Part shown: positions 38,559-48,615 of the stretch, one piece after another
Numbering within the stretch: the stretch's first letter is position 1
Layout of the letters: every line of letters starts with the position of its first letter
Assembly (NCBI GenBank): GCA_049570475.1
Contig: CP186953.1
Location: 1,312,001 to 1,376,000, forward strand
DNA: 64,000 bases
Direction: 5' to 3'
Origin: Candidatus Methanosuratincola verstraetei
Lineage (GTDB): Archaea > Thermoproteota > Methanomethylicia > Methanomethylicales > Methanomethylicaceae
Made by a program: the position numbers and the translations under genes
The notes under the pieces: model-generated
Told to the model about the DNA's origin: nothing
Database searches by the model: none
Seen by the model: the letters and a program-made list of their open reading frames with translations, nothing else

Positions 38559-39563
38559 ATGAAAACCTCGTACATAATAGGTTTGGTTGTTGTGGCAATC
38601 ATAGTGATCGCAGGAGCTTACTATTACACGACAACTCTGAGTCCGCAGCCTCAGCAGTTCAAGGTAGCCGCAATCTACATCTCCCCGTTGGAGGAACCAT
38701 GGAACCAGGCTCTCCACCAGTCGCTATTGAAGGCGAAGAATGAACTTGGGATCGTATACAACTACTCCGAGAACGTTGGCGACTCGACCGTTGCGATGGT
38801 GATGACGCAGTATGTCTCAGCAGGCTTCAAGATGATCTTCCCGCACAGCTGGAGTTACCACCCTGTGACTAACGCGACCGCGGCCCAGTACAGGAGCGTA
38901 TTCTTCGCGCAGGGCTCAGGCATGAACATGAACTACGGGAACAACACGGTCCTCTATGACTATCACATACAGGAAGCCGCCTATGTGGCTGGCGCAATCG
39001 CGGCTAAGATAACCAACACTAGCAAGATAGGGATCGTAACCGCGTTCCCAGGAGTCGGGGATGTGGACAACCTGCTGAACGGGTTCATTGCAGGCGCCAA
39101 ATCGGTCAATCCAAACGTGACCATCGTCATATCCTACATATATGACTGGTATGCACCATCAAAGGCCAAGGAGGCTGCCGCTGGGCTTATCGAGTCCGGC
39201 GTTGACGTGATATACTCCGAGAGATACGGTGTCTTCGAGGCCTGCAAGGACAGCAATGGCAAGATAATTGCCTACGCTTTCGGCAACATCGTGGATCAGA
39301 ACAATGCTTCTGATGCTGTGATCGGGAGCGTAGTGTGGGACACCTACCCGATGGTAAAGGAGCTCATACAGCGCGCCCAGAATGGAACTTTCATCCCTGG
39401 GGATTACATCGCCTCAATGAGCAAGGGCACATCGAAGTTCGTCTGGAACCCGGTCAACGCTGCCAAATTCCCTGAGGCCAAGGCATACAGCGACACCCTC
39501 GTGCAGAAGATAATCAATGGTTCAGTGGTAGTTCCTCTCAACTTCGGTCCACCGAGCCCATAA
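38559..39563 (+). CDS. BMP-family ABC substrate-binding protein (purine/nucleoside type)
   Basis: N-terminal anchor, WNQA.H, EAAYVAG..AA, F..GAK.VNP and W..P.KAKEAA..LI..GVDVI. Confidence 0.85.
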   Translation: MKTSYIIGLVVVAIIVIAGAYYYTTTLSPQPQQFKVAAIYISPLEEPWNQALHQSLLKAKNELGIVYNYSENVGDSTVAMVMTQYVSAGFKMIFPHSWSYHPVTNATAAQYRSVFFAQGSGMNMNYGNNTVLYDYHIQEAAYVAGAIAAKITNTSKIGIVTAFPGVGDVDNLLNGFIAGAKSVNPNVTIVISYIYDWYAPSKAKEAAAGLIESGVDVIYSERYGVFEACKDSNGKIIAYAFGNIVDQNNASDAVIGSVVWDTYPMVKELIQRAQNGTFIPGDYIASMSKGTSKFVWNPVNAAKFPEAKAYSDTLVQKIINGSVVVPLNFGPPSP

Positions 39564-39566
39564 GGG

Positions 39567-41132
39567 GTGGCAATCACGCCACTTTCTTCCCCTTTTTTTG
39601 AGAAAAGAGAGGTCAACTCAACGCCTCAGAATGAGGAGTATGCCATATTCCTAAAGAACATATCCAAGACATTCCCGAACGGCACCGTGGCAAACCAGGA
39701 TGTGACCTTGGGAATATTGAGGGGCGAGGTCCATGCCATACTTGGTGAGAACGGGGCCGGGAAGACGACCTTGATGAGGATAATCTCCGGGATCCTGAAA
39801 CCGGACAAGGGGGAGATTTTCATTGACGGGAAGCCGGTGAAGATAAGGGATCCTAGGGACGCGTCCCGGCTCGGGATAGGCATGGTGCACCAGCACTTCA
39901 CGCTCATCCCTGAGTTCACTGTGCGGGAGAACATTGCCCTGGTCCTTGCAACTTCACCCTGGCTGGATCTGAAAAAAGTTGACGAGAAGATAGCTGCTGT
40001 CTCGAAGGATATGGGGCTCGAGATAGACCCAGAATCGAAGATCGAGAGCCTGCCCGTTGGCAAGAGGCAGCTAGTCGAGATCCTCCGCCTCCTCTGCCAG
40101 GACGTTAGAATCCTGATACTCGACGAGCCTACTTCGGTCTTGACTCCGATCGAAGTTGATTCCTTCTTCAAGATGATAATGAATCTAAAATCGTCCGGAA
40201 AGACAGTTGTGCTAATCACCCACAAGATGAAAGAGGCTCTCCAGATAAGTGACCGGATAACTGTCCTCCGGGGCGGGAGGGTGATCAGGACTATCCCGAC
40301 CTCAGAGGCCAATGAGGCCCTCTTGGCGTCGCTTGTGGTTGAGGGCATGCTTCCAGCCCCAACGCTGGTGCGCGGCACCCCGGGGGATATTATTCTTAAA
40401 GTTGAGTCCCTCAAGGTGAAAGATGACCGCGGGCGGATTGCGGTCGACGGCCTGAACTTGACGGTCAGGTCCGGTGAGATCGTCGGGATCGCGGGCGTGG
40501 CAGGCAACGGTCAGAAGGAACTGGTGGAAGCTATAACCGGCCTAAGGAAGGTCGAGTCAGGGGCGGTCAAGCTTTCGTCCCAAGACATCACGAATAAACC
40601 GACACGTTTCATAATCGAGAAGGGCATCTCCTACATACCTGAGGACAGGATGCATAGGGGCGTGGTGCTCACAATGGGCGTCCACGAAAACTTGGCCCTA
40701 AAGTGCATCGAGAAGCCGCCGATGAGCAAGAGCAAGATAATTGACAGAAGATCGATGGTCAAGAATGCAGAGAGCCTGATATCGAAGTTCTCTATAAAGG
40801 CTTCTGACCCGTGCACTTCTGTCGAGAACCTCTCAGGCGGTAACATACAGAAGCTTATAGTTGCAAGGGAGCTCTCAAATGGCGGACTTGTCCTCATAGC
40901 TGAGCAGCCGACTGCTGGCCTGGACATAAAGGCGTCAGAGGCTGTGCACCAAAAGCTAGTTGAATTGAGGTCGAGGGGAGTTGGGATCCTGTTGGTCTCC
41001 TCAGACCTTGACGAGATAATGAAGTTGAGCGACAGGATATGCGTGATCTTTGGCGGCAAGATCGTGGGCGAGTTCATGCCAGAGAACTTGGATGTTGAAA
41101 GGCTCTCGAGGTTGATGCTGGGGGCTGAATGA
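39567..41132 (+). CDS. ABC transporter ATPase, two-domain (CUT2/nucleoside type); start uncertain
   Basis: GENGAGKTT, MVHQHF, ILDEPT, GVAGNGQ and LSGGNIQK. Confidence 0.92.
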   Translation: MAITPLSSPFFEKREVNSTPQNEEYAIFLKNISKTFPNGTVANQDVTLGILRGEVHAILGENGAGKTTLMRIISGILKPDKGEIFIDGKPVKIRDPRDASRLGIGMVHQHFTLIPEFTVRENIALVLATSPWLDLKKVDEKIAAVSKDMGLEIDPESKIESLPVGKRQLVEILRLLCQDVRILILDEPTSVLTPIEVDSFFKMIMNLKSSGKTVVLITHKMKEALQISDRITVLRGGRVIRTIPTSEANEALLASLVVEGMLPAPTLVRGTPGDIILKVESLKVKDDRGRIAVDGLNLTVRSGEIVGIAGVAGNGQKELVEAITGLRKVESGAVKLSSQDITNKPTRFIIEKGISYIPEDRMHRGVVLTMGVHENLALKCIEKPPMSKSKIIDRRSMVKNAESLISKFSIKASDPCTSVENLSGGNIQKLIVARELSNGGLVLIAEQPTAGLDIKASEAVHQKLVELRSRGVGILLVSSDLDEIMKLSDRICVIFGGKIVGEFMPENLDVERLSRLMLGAE

Positions 41133-41133
41133 T

Positions 41134-42189
41134 TTGGTGGAGCGCCAGCTAACAATCTCAAGGGGCACAAAGCGATCGATTGTCAAGGCATTGCTGTCGG
41201 TGGTGCTGACGCTTGCCGTGACTTCGGTTGTCTTCCTGATTAACAACGTCAACCCAATCTTGGCATTCATCTACATGTTCCAGGGGGCGTTCGGCGACAT
41301 AAACCTCGCCTCTGAGACCATGATAAGGATGACCCCCATACTGATCGTCTCACTTGGCCTGGCAGTCTCTTTCAAGTGCAAGATATGGAACATCGGGGCA
41401 GAGGGTCAGCTCTACATAGGTGCGATGCTTGGCACCATCGCCGCGATCGGCATCGGCGGCGGTCCGCTGTCTTTGTTGGCTGCGCTGGTCGTCGGGGCGG
41501 TTGGCGGCCTCCTGTGGGCCGCAGGGCCTGCATTGATGAAGGTCAAGCTCGGAATCAACGAGGTGATAACAACATTCCTGATGAACTTTGTCGGGATCTA
41601 TCTTGTGCAGTGGATGATCTCCTACCCTTTCAGGAGCCCCGATACTTACTTCCCCGAATCCTCGGCAATACCATCCTCATCCGCGCTGGCAGTAATCCTG
41701 CCGGGGACCAGGCTCCACTTGGGCGTGGCCCTTGCCCTTGCACTTGTCCCTTTAGTCTATTTCCTCCTCGAGAGGACGACATTCGGGTACAAGGTGAAGG
41801 TAGTTGGGGAAAACCCTGAAGCAGCAAGGTACGGCGGGATGGAGATAGGCAAAGTGATCTTTGTTTCCCTTGTATTCAGCGGGCTGCTGGCAGGCCTCGC
41901 CGGAATTACTGAGGTGATGGGGATCCAGTTCAGGGTGAGGGGTTCGCTGTCGCCCGGATATGGATATACCGGCATAGTGGTGGCGCTGCTTGGTAACAAT
42001 AACCCCATAGGGGTCGCGCTTGCATCTCTCTTCTTGGCTGCCATAATGAACGGATCTTCGACGCTAGCCTGGACGATGAACATACCGATGGGGATAGTTG
42101 ACCTTATGCAGGGGCTCTTGTTCATATTCGTGCTCGCTTCTGAGCCGCTGGTGCGGTTCCTTGAGAGACGCGGGGTGCTGAAGCTATGA
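41134..42189 (+). CDS. ABC transporter permease (nucleoside type)
   Basis: WNIGAEGQ, NEVITT, GENPEAARYGG and GYGYTGIVVALLG. Confidence 0.9.
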   Translation: MVERQLTISRGTKRSIVKALLSVVLTLAVTSVVFLINNVNPILAFIYMFQGAFGDINLASETMIRMTPILIVSLGLAVSFKCKIWNIGAEGQLYIGAMLGTIAAIGIGGGPLSLLAALVVGAVGGLLWAAGPALMKVKLGINEVITTFLMNFVGIYLVQWMISYPFRSPDTYFPESSAIPSSSALAVILPGTRLHLGVALALALVPLVYFLLERTTFGYKVKVVGENPEAARYGGMEIGKVIFVSLVFSGLLAGLAGITEVMGIQFRVRGSLSPGYGYTGIVVALLGNNNPIGVALASLFLAAIMNGSSTLAWTMNIPMGIVDLMQGLLFIFVLASEPLVRFLERRGVLKL

Positions 42190-43127
42190 TCGAGTTTTTA
42201 GCCTTGACAGGTCTGGCTGCCGCCACACTAAGGGTTGCTGCCCCGCTCCTGCTGGCCTCGCTCGGCGAGACAATCGCTGAGAGGGGTGGCATGCTGAACC
42301 TGGGGCTGCAGGGTGCAATGCTTGTGGGCGCATTCTCCGGCTTCATGGGTGCTTATTTCGCCGGTAGCCTCTGGATTGGGCTGATCTCAGCAATCATAGG
42401 CGGGATCCTGACCACCCTGCTCTTCGGCATTCTGGTGATAAATCTCGACCTGGATCAGGTGGTTTCCGGCCTGGCGATCAACCTACTCGCGAGCGGCCTA
42501 ACGCTTTACTTCACTAGGGTGCTCTTCACGGGTGGGGTTTCACCCTACCTGGGAGAACTCTTCGGGCCGATGCCGATCCCGTTCCTGTGCAATATGCCTG
42601 TTTTGGGGGAGGTCCTATTCACGCAGACTGGTTTCGTGTACCTGGGGCTGGTGTCCGTGCCTCTCATATACGTGCTTCTGACGAAGACATCATTTGGCCT
42701 CCGCCTCAGGTCAATTGGCGAGGACCCTGTAATAGCCTCCTACCTTGGCATAAATGTCGTGAAAATGAGGTATGCTGCGCTGCTTGCAGAGGGCATTCTT
42801 GCAGGATTGGCTGGCGGACTGCTGACTATATCGATGTTCAACACTTTTGACCCGAGGATAGTGGCTGCGAGGGGTTTTGTTGCGGTCTCGATAGTCATCC
42901 TGGGCAGGTGGAACCCTTGGGGGGCGCTCGCGGGATCGCTTCTCTTCGGATTCACAGAGGCCCTCTCTCTACGGATTGGAATAATATTCCCAGAGCTTTC
43001 TGGAGCCTCGATCAACCAGCTCTTCGCCCTGCTTCCGTATCTGGTTGCGCTCGTTGCGCTTGTCGTTGGCGGTAGAGGCGTCAGGGGCCCTGCCAGCCTG
43101 GGGAAGAGAATCGGGAGAGAGCGATGA
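42186..43127 (+). CDS. ABC transporter permease (nucleoside type)
   Basis: LGETIAERGGMLNLG, GLRLRSIGEDP and GRWNP. Confidence 0.9.
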   Translation: MIEFLALTGLAAATLRVAAPLLLASLGETIAERGGMLNLGLQGAMLVGAFSGFMGAYFAGSLWIGLISAIIGGILTTLLFGILVINLDLDQVVSGLAINLLASGLTLYFTRVLFTGGVSPYLGELFGPMPIPFLCNMPVLGEVLFTQTGFVYLGLVSVPLIYVLLTKTSFGLRLRSIGEDPVIASYLGINVVKMRYAALLAEGILAGLAGGLLTISMFNTFDPRIVAARGFVAVSIVILGRWNPWGALAGSLLFGFTEALSLRIGIIFPELSGASINQLFALLPYLVALVALVVGGRGVRGPASLGKRIGRER

Positions 43128-43188
43128 TCTCTCCTTCTCTTCAAAACGTCGCTTTTCCCCATTTGGAAAAAAGAGGGAATAAAGAGAA

Positions 43189-44565
43189 TTAGGCGATTTC
43201 GAGACCCAAATCCGAGAGCTCTCTTGCCACTTTGTCGTAAAGATCTTGCCATTCTGCCTTGGGTCTGGCGGACGCCAAGTCATAGAGATCTTGGAACGTC
43301 TTGCCCTTGGGCGCCTTGAAGATGTCCAGCCTTTCCTCGTATCTCGGGAGTAGCTTGTTCAGGATCTCGTTCGCATCAGCCCTGCTCATTCCTGCCGCGG
43401 CAGCTGCAGCCTCCTTCAGCATCCTGGCCTCGAGCCCGGTGGAGTGGTCAACCAGCTTCCCGCCGCATGATCCGCAGCCCATCACGTTCATGCCTGCCAC
43501 CGATGCTGCGACCCCGCCCGCAGCCGCCTCTAGGAGTAGCATCTCCTCCCCAGGTCCGCTTGCGCAGTAGCAGTCATAGACGCTCATTATCTCAGAGTTC
43601 CTCGAGAGCGCCTGCCCGACCATGCTAATGGCCCAAAGGCCCGGACGATCCGTGCCGTTCAGGTTCTTCACGTTGGTAAGGCTGCAGTAATGGTAACTTG
43701 CGCTGTAGCAGACGGCTCCAGCGATATGCTCTGCCACATTCACTATTGCCGTCCCCTCAGGTCCGCCTGCGTAGCCTCCAAGGATTGGGGTCATCAGGTT
43801 GCCGATATGGATCCCGTAGCTCTGTAGGTGCTCCACGAGCGAGAGGTGCTGGAGGCTGGTCTTGAGCTCAATCATCTGGGAGACTATTATGCCGTCGCTC
43901 GGCCTCAACCCGTATGCAGGGTCCAGTGCGCAAAGCTTTGCCTCGGGGCTGACGACTGCAACGTCGTTTATGTGCATCCCTGGCCTTCCTGCCTGGCTTA
44001 TCGCCTCCCTCGCCCACCTGGCCAGGAGCCGCGCCGCCCTGAACTCCTGCGGCGTCCCCTTCCTTATCTTGAAGCCGTCTATTGTGGCCAGCGTCCCTGC
44101 ACCCAGGGAGTCTATTACCTCCTCCTGCGCGAAGCTCCGCAATGTCTTAACGTAGATCTCACCCTCTGTGCAGAGCGTGCCCGTCGGGCCAGCATGTATC
44201 ACAGGAGGCCGAGGATCCTCGACCCGCCTCATGTTCATCACGATTGCGTCCTTGCCCGAACCGAGCAGGATGCTCTCGGGGAGCGACCTCAGTACCATCT
44301 TTATCTCGCCCTCTTCGAACATGATTGTTCGCTTCGTGGTCTGGCAGTAGAACCCCATCTCGAGCAGGAGCCTCATCGCCGCCTCGTACACGTCGTCTGC
44401 CACAGAGTCATCGGTGCAGACTGGCTGCTTCGGGTCGTACCTTATGTCGTATTCCTTGACCAGCTCCTTCGTCCTCTTCATCAGCTTCATGTCAAAGTCC
44501 TTCTCATCCATGAACGGGCCCTCTAGAGCCCTCTTGGTCACTTCATCTAGCCTGTAAGTCTTCAT
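43189..44565 (-). CDS. mtmB: MtmB-family methyltransferase homologue lacking pyrrolysine
   Basis: GPTG, AGRPGM, VSQMIELK, PILGGYAGG, GLEARM and PKGKTFQ match MtmB; uninterrupted ORF with AAC (Asn) at the Pyl-equivalent position. Confidence 0.85.
   Translation of the reverse strand: MKTYRLDEVTKRALEGPFMDEKDFDMKLMKRTKELVKEYDIRYDPKQPVCTDDSVADDVYEAAMRLLLEMGFYCQTTKRTIMFEEGEIKMVLRSLPESILLGSGKDAIVMNMRRVEDPRPPVIHAGPTGTLCTEGEIYVKTLRSFAQEEVIDSLGAGTLATIDGFKIRKGTPQEFRAARLLARWAREAISQAGRPGMHINDVAVVSPEAKLCALDPAYGLRPSDGIIVSQMIELKTSLQHLSLVEHLQSYGIHIGNLMTPILGGYAGGPEGTAIVNVAEHIAGAVCYSASYHYCSLTNVKNLNGTDRPGLWAISMVGQALSRNSEIMSVYDCYCASGPGEEMLLLEAAAGGVAASVAGMNVMGCGSCGGKLVDHSTGLEARMLKEAAAAAAGMSRADANEILNKLLPRYEERLDIFKAPKGKTFQDLYDLASARPKAEWQDLYDKVARELSDLGLEIA
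44425..44469. repeat. 45-bp exact repeat, copy 1 (within mtmB paralogue 1)
   Basis: ctgcttcgggtcgtaccttatgtcgtattccttgaccagctcctt, identical to 45810-45854. Confidence 0.9.
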
Positions 44566-44579
44566 TTCATACCACCTGT

Positions 44580-45947
44580 TCAGAACTCCAGTCCGGTCAT
44601 TTCCGAGATCTCTTTTTTCATCTTAAGGTAAGTCGCATTCCACTCTGGCTTGGGGATCACCCTTCCCACGTCATAGAGCTCCGGGAATGGCTTGCCGATG
44701 TCGGGCTTTCCTTGCTTCTCTGCGTACCTCTTCGCAAGCTCGACGACGATTGCATTGGCTGACTTGCGATTGAGTTTCGATCTCACCGCTGCATGCGCCA
44801 CCTCTGCCATGAACCTGGTCTCGAGCCCAGTCGCATGCGGGTACTTCCCGTTGGTGGCTGAGACCCCTAGCGGGTGGCTCCCTGTCACTACATTCGTAAT
44901 CGTGTTCGCTGCTGTCTCATAGAACACCATCTCGCTCCCGGCGCCAGCCGAAGTCCAAACGTCCCCCATAATTATGAATGGGGCATTCCTTGCCATTGCC
45001 TGGCCCACGATGTTCAAGTTCCACATGCACTCTGGTGCACTTGTGCTCATGTACCTGAAGTGGATTGGGTGGCAAACATGGAAGTCCGAACCGTACATGG
45101 CCCTGCCGAGAAGGAATGAGGCAACAAAGCAGACTGCCACCCCCTCCGGACCGCCTGCGTAGCCCCCTATGATCGGATCGACCAATGTCACATTGTGCGC
45201 CCCATACTCGTAGAAGTTAACTACCTTGGAGATCCTGTCGAAGTCCGTCTTCAGCTCGTTCAGCAGCGCTACAAGGTGCGAGTCCGTCCTCCTCATGTAC
45301 CTCTCGCTGGCTATCGCAAGGTCGCCCATTGCCGAGACGCTGCTCTCTGCAGCAATGAAGCTGATGCCAGGCCTCCCTGCGCGCCTGGCGGCCTCCCTGA
45401 GCATTGACAGCTCCCTCCTTGTGGCCTGTATCTCGAGGGGCGTCTTTGTCCTGACCTTCCTCCCCTCGACCACCGCGAGCCCTCCGTTGTTGATCATGTC
45501 GACTAGGGGCTCCTTCATGTAGGATATCGCCATCGGGAGGTACCACTCCTCAGGTATGGCTGCCCCGGCCTGGCCCCCGCAGATTATCGGGGATCGCTCG
45601 TCCTCGATCCCCCTGGCGTAGAGAATCCTGGAATCCTTGTTCTGCCCGATGATGAGCCTCCTTGGGGCCGAGATTATGCCCTCCTTCAGCTCATACTCTT
45701 CGAACTTGACGACCCTCTTGGTGTCGATGCAGTATATTCCGGACTCGAGCGCCAGCCTCAGCCCTGCCTCGAAGACGTCGTCCGCGAGCGAATCGTCCGA
45801 GGTGATTATCTGCTTCGGGTCGTACCTTATGTCGTATTCCTTGACCAGCTCCTTGCACTTCTTGGCGACGATCTTTAGGTCGAAGTCCGTCTCTTCCATG
45901 TAAGTTCCTGTTTCAGCCCTGTCGATTACTTCCCAGATTGAGGTCAT
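44580..45947 (-). CDS. mtmB: MtmB-family methyltransferase homologue lacking pyrrolysine
   Basis: GIYCIDTKR, AGRPGI, DSHLVALLNELK, PIIGGYAGG and TGLETRFM; ATT (Ile) at the Pyl-equivalent position. Confidence 0.85.
   Translation of the reverse strand: MTSIWEVIDRAETGTYMEETDFDLKIVAKKCKELVKEYDIRYDPKQIITSDDSLADDVFEAGLRLALESGIYCIDTKRVVKFEEYELKEGIISAPRRLIIGQNKDSRILYARGIEDERSPIICGGQAGAAIPEEWYLPMAISYMKEPLVDMINNGGLAVVEGRKVRTKTPLEIQATRRELSMLREAARRAGRPGISFIAAESSVSAMGDLAIASERYMRRTDSHLVALLNELKTDFDRISKVVNFYEYGAHNVTLVDPIIGGYAGGPEGVAVCFVASFLLGRAMYGSDFHVCHPIHFRYMSTSAPECMWNLNIVGQAMARNAPFIIMGDVWTSAGAGSEMVFYETAANTITNVVTGSHPLGVSATNGKYPHATGLETRFMAEVAHAAVRSKLNRKSANAIVVELAKRYAEKQGKPDIGKPFPELYDVGRVIPKPEWNATYLKMKKEISEMTGLEF
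45810..45854. repeat. 45-bp exact repeat, copy 2 (within mtmB paralogue 2)
   Basis: Identical to 44425-44469. Confidence 0.9.
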
Positions 45948-46603
45948 GGGGCACCTCTCCTCTGGAGGAGCTCCTTTGCCACCTTGACCGCCTCGTCCCC
46001 GTCGTCACCGTACCCGTCGGCGCCGATCGAGGCTGCCCATTCGCGCGTAACTGGACCTCCGCCGACCATCACCAGGTACTTCTCCCTTATCCCTCTCTCT
46101 TTAAGGAGCGAGATGAGGTCCTCCATGTATGGCATCGAGGTCGAGAGGAGCGTGGAGGCGCAGATGAAGTCAGCCTTGACCTCCTCTGCCTTCTTTATCA
46201 GCTCGTCTATCGGGACATCCCTGCCCAAGTCATAAACCTCAAAACCGTTGGCTCTCATCAGCATCGCGACGATGTTCTTGCCTATGTCATGAATGTCCCC
46301 GGTGATGGTGGCGATAACGACCTTGCTCTTGACAGTGGCTTTGCCCCGCTTTAGCGCCTCGGGCTCGAGCACTGCCAGGGCCGATTTCATCGCCTCTGCT
46401 GCAAGCATCACCTCGGGGAGATATATCTTGAGCTGGCTGAAATCGTCTCCAACCCTGCTCATCCCTTTCATGAGCCCCTCATTTATTGCCTTTAGGGGCT
46501 CGATCCCTGCTTCAAGGATCTTCTTAGATAGCTCTACTGCCTTGGCATCATCTCCCGCGTAGACGGCGTTCGCCAATTCCTCGAATAACTGTGCTTCGCT
46601 CAT
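45944..46603 (-). CDS. methyltransferase cognate corrinoid protein (MtmC/MtbC-like)
   Basis: Cap domain (YLPEVMLAAEAMK) plus GDIHDIGKNIV B12-binding motif and VMVGGGP; overlaps the mtmB start. Confidence 0.92.
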   Translation of the reverse strand: MSEAQLFEELANAVYAGDDAKAVELSKKILEAGIEPLKAINEGLMKGMSRVGDDFSQLKIYLPEVMLAAEAMKSALAVLEPEALKRGKATVKSKVVIATITGDIHDIGKNIVAMLMRANGFEVYDLGRDVPIDELIKKAEEVKADFICASTLLSTSMPYMEDLISLLKERGIREKYLVMVGGGPVTREWAASIGADGYGDDGDEAVKVAKELLQRRGAP

Positions 46604-46734
46604 TGGATAAAACCTCACTTGAAGTCGTCTTCGGCTGTTTTAATACTTTTTCGGTTTTCTTGCAAAATGCAGGCTTCTTGGGATAGCGTTGGCATTAATT
46701 GATAAAAAAAATAAAAGAGGCAGGCTTGTTGCTT

Positions 46735-48615
46735 CTAGCAGCTTATCCCGCTCTTGTTCAGGCAGTCCGCTACGTCCTCGAGACCCATCCTGACGAGCTT
46801 CTCCCTTGTGGGCACGCCAGTCTTCGGGTCCCATCCCTTGAGCGCATAGAAGTCGTCGAGCATCTTGTTGAGCGTCGGCTCGTCTGTGTACATTCCCTGT
46901 GATGGGCCCTCCGGTATCGGCTCCTCCAGGAATCTCCTCGGGAGCGTGTCGTCCTTCCTCCTTATCCCTGTCCTGACATTGAAAGCCCTCTCCAGGTCCA
47001 GAATCCGCTCGGCGACTGTTGTGAGCTCCTCTAAGGTGTAGCCGAACCCTGTGACGGGGTTTATCATGTCCACCCATTTCTGGGTGAGCGTGAACCCGAG
47101 CAGCCTCTCAAGGAAGTGGCAGTTCACTAGGCTGTCCCCGATTGTGGTCATCTGCTGCGTGCCTATGACCCACGCTGCCTTGCCCTCGACAGCCTTCCTG
47201 TCAGAGGCTCCGGCGTACTCGCCTGTGGGCCTGGGGTCATGGTGGCTGCCTCCCCTGGTCGCAGTCGAGTATCCAAGCGCCATGCCCCTCAGAGCCCTTG
47301 CGGAGTGCCCAGGTATCTCGAGCCCCTTGACCTGGATTGCGAAACGCTCCGATCCGCCTCCGATGATTCTGGCTGCCCTCAGGGAGCCCTCTGCCATCAG
47401 GTTCCCTATACCTTCCCTCTTTGCTGTCTTCTCGATGTATGCGATCATTGCGTCGTCGTTGCCGAACTTGAACTCCACGCCGTCCGTGTTCTCCTTGGTT
47501 ATTAATCCCTTCTCGTACGCCTCCATCAGGAACGAGAGCATCACACCATAGGTCACAGTGTCCATGCCCCACTCGTCGCAGAGGCTGTCTCCCTTGATTA
47601 TCGCGCCTAGGTCGTCGATTCCGCACATCGACCCTAGCGAGTAGATCGTCTCGTACTCCGGCCCCTCAGATATGGCGCCCTTCCACTTGCCCGACTTCGC
47701 TGAGAAGACCTTGCTGCAGGCGATCGGGCACGCCGGGCACGCCGTGTCCTTGTCCCAGAACTCCTTCTTCAGCCTCTCTCCTGAGATGTTCTCCCAGTTC
47801 TGGAAGAACTCTGTCTGGTGGTTGTAGGATCCCATCGCACCCAGCATCTTGCCTATGCTGGCGACAAGCGCCGGAGTCCCGTATGTCGGGAGGCCAACCG
47901 CTATTCCAGGCACCTTCTTTGCCTCCTCCTTGTACCACTGCATCCATGCTTCGTAGGCCTCTGGATCCGCAACCTCGTTGGTGCCGGAGCCCCTCACTGC
48001 TATCGCCTTGAGCTTCTTGGAGCCTAGGACCGCGCCGACGCCTCCCCTGCCCGCCGCCCTGTACTCTGTGATAACGCAGGCATACCTCACCAGGTTCTCT
48101 CCAGCCGGGCCTATCGCAGAGACGCAGAGGTCCGGGTCGCCCACCTCCTCCTTTATCATCTCCTGGGTCTCCCCGGTCAGCTTCCCCCACAGCCTCTCGG
48201 CAGACCTGAACTCGACCTTCCCGTCCTCGACGAAGAGATATGTCGGCTTGTCGGCCTTACCTGTGATCAGGAAGCCGTCATACCCTGCGTATTTTATCTG
48301 GGCGCCGATGAAACCTCCACTAACGCTGTCGAAATAGCCGTTAGTCAACGGCGATTTGGTGGCCATGTAGTACTTGCCCGCGGTCGGGGAGTTGATCCCC
48401 TGGAATGGCCCGGTCATCATCGCCACGACATTCGTCACATCGAACGCATCCATCCGTGGGTCGACCATGTCAAAGAGGTACCTCACCGCGAACCCGTTGC
48501 CCCCGATGTATTTCCTGGCGAATTCGTCCGTCACATCTATGGTGTTAGTCTTCTTGGTGGTCAGGTTAATTGCCAAAACTTTGCCTTTATACCCGCTGTA
48601 CTTCATCATGATCAC
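46735..48615 (-). CDS. aor: tungsten-dependent aldehyde:ferredoxin oxidoreductase family
   Basis: KSPLT, IGPAGENLV, AAGRGGVGAV.GSKKLKAI, CPACPIACSK, EYET and D..GMD motifs. Confidence 0.93.
   Translation of the reverse strand: MIMMKYSGYKGKVLAINLTTKKTNTIDVTDEFARKYIGGNGFAVRYLFDMVDPRMDAFDVTNVVAMMTGPFQGINSPTAGKYYMATKSPLTNGYFDSVSGGFIGAQIKYAGYDGFLITGKADKPTYLFVEDGKVEFRSAERLWGKLTGETQEMIKEEVGDPDLCVSAIGPAGENLVRYACVITEYRAAGRGGVGAVLGSKKLKAIAVRGSGTNEVADPEAYEAWMQWYKEEAKKVPGIAVGLPTYGTPALVASIGKMLGAMGSYNHQTEFFQNWENISGERLKKEFWDKDTACPACPIACSKVFSAKSGKWKGAISEGPEYETIYSLGSMCGIDDLGAIIKGDSLCDEWGMDTVTYGVMLSFLMEAYEKGLITKENTDGVEFKFGNDDAMIAYIEKTAKREGIGNLMAEGSLRAARIIGGGSERFAIQVKGLEIPGHSARALRGMALGYSTATRGGSHHDPRPTGEYAGASDRKAVEGKAAWVIGTQQMTTIGDSLVNCHFLERLLGFTLTQKWVDMINPVTGFGYTLEELTTVAERILDLERAFNVRTGIRRKDDTLPRRFLEEPIPEGPSQGMYTDEPTLNKMLDDFYALKGWDPKTGVPTREKLVRMGLEDVADCLNKSGISC

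Noticed and set aside
43189-45947. Pyrrolysine (amber) readthrough in the mtmB genes
   Set aside because: Both ORFs are full length with no in-frame TAG.
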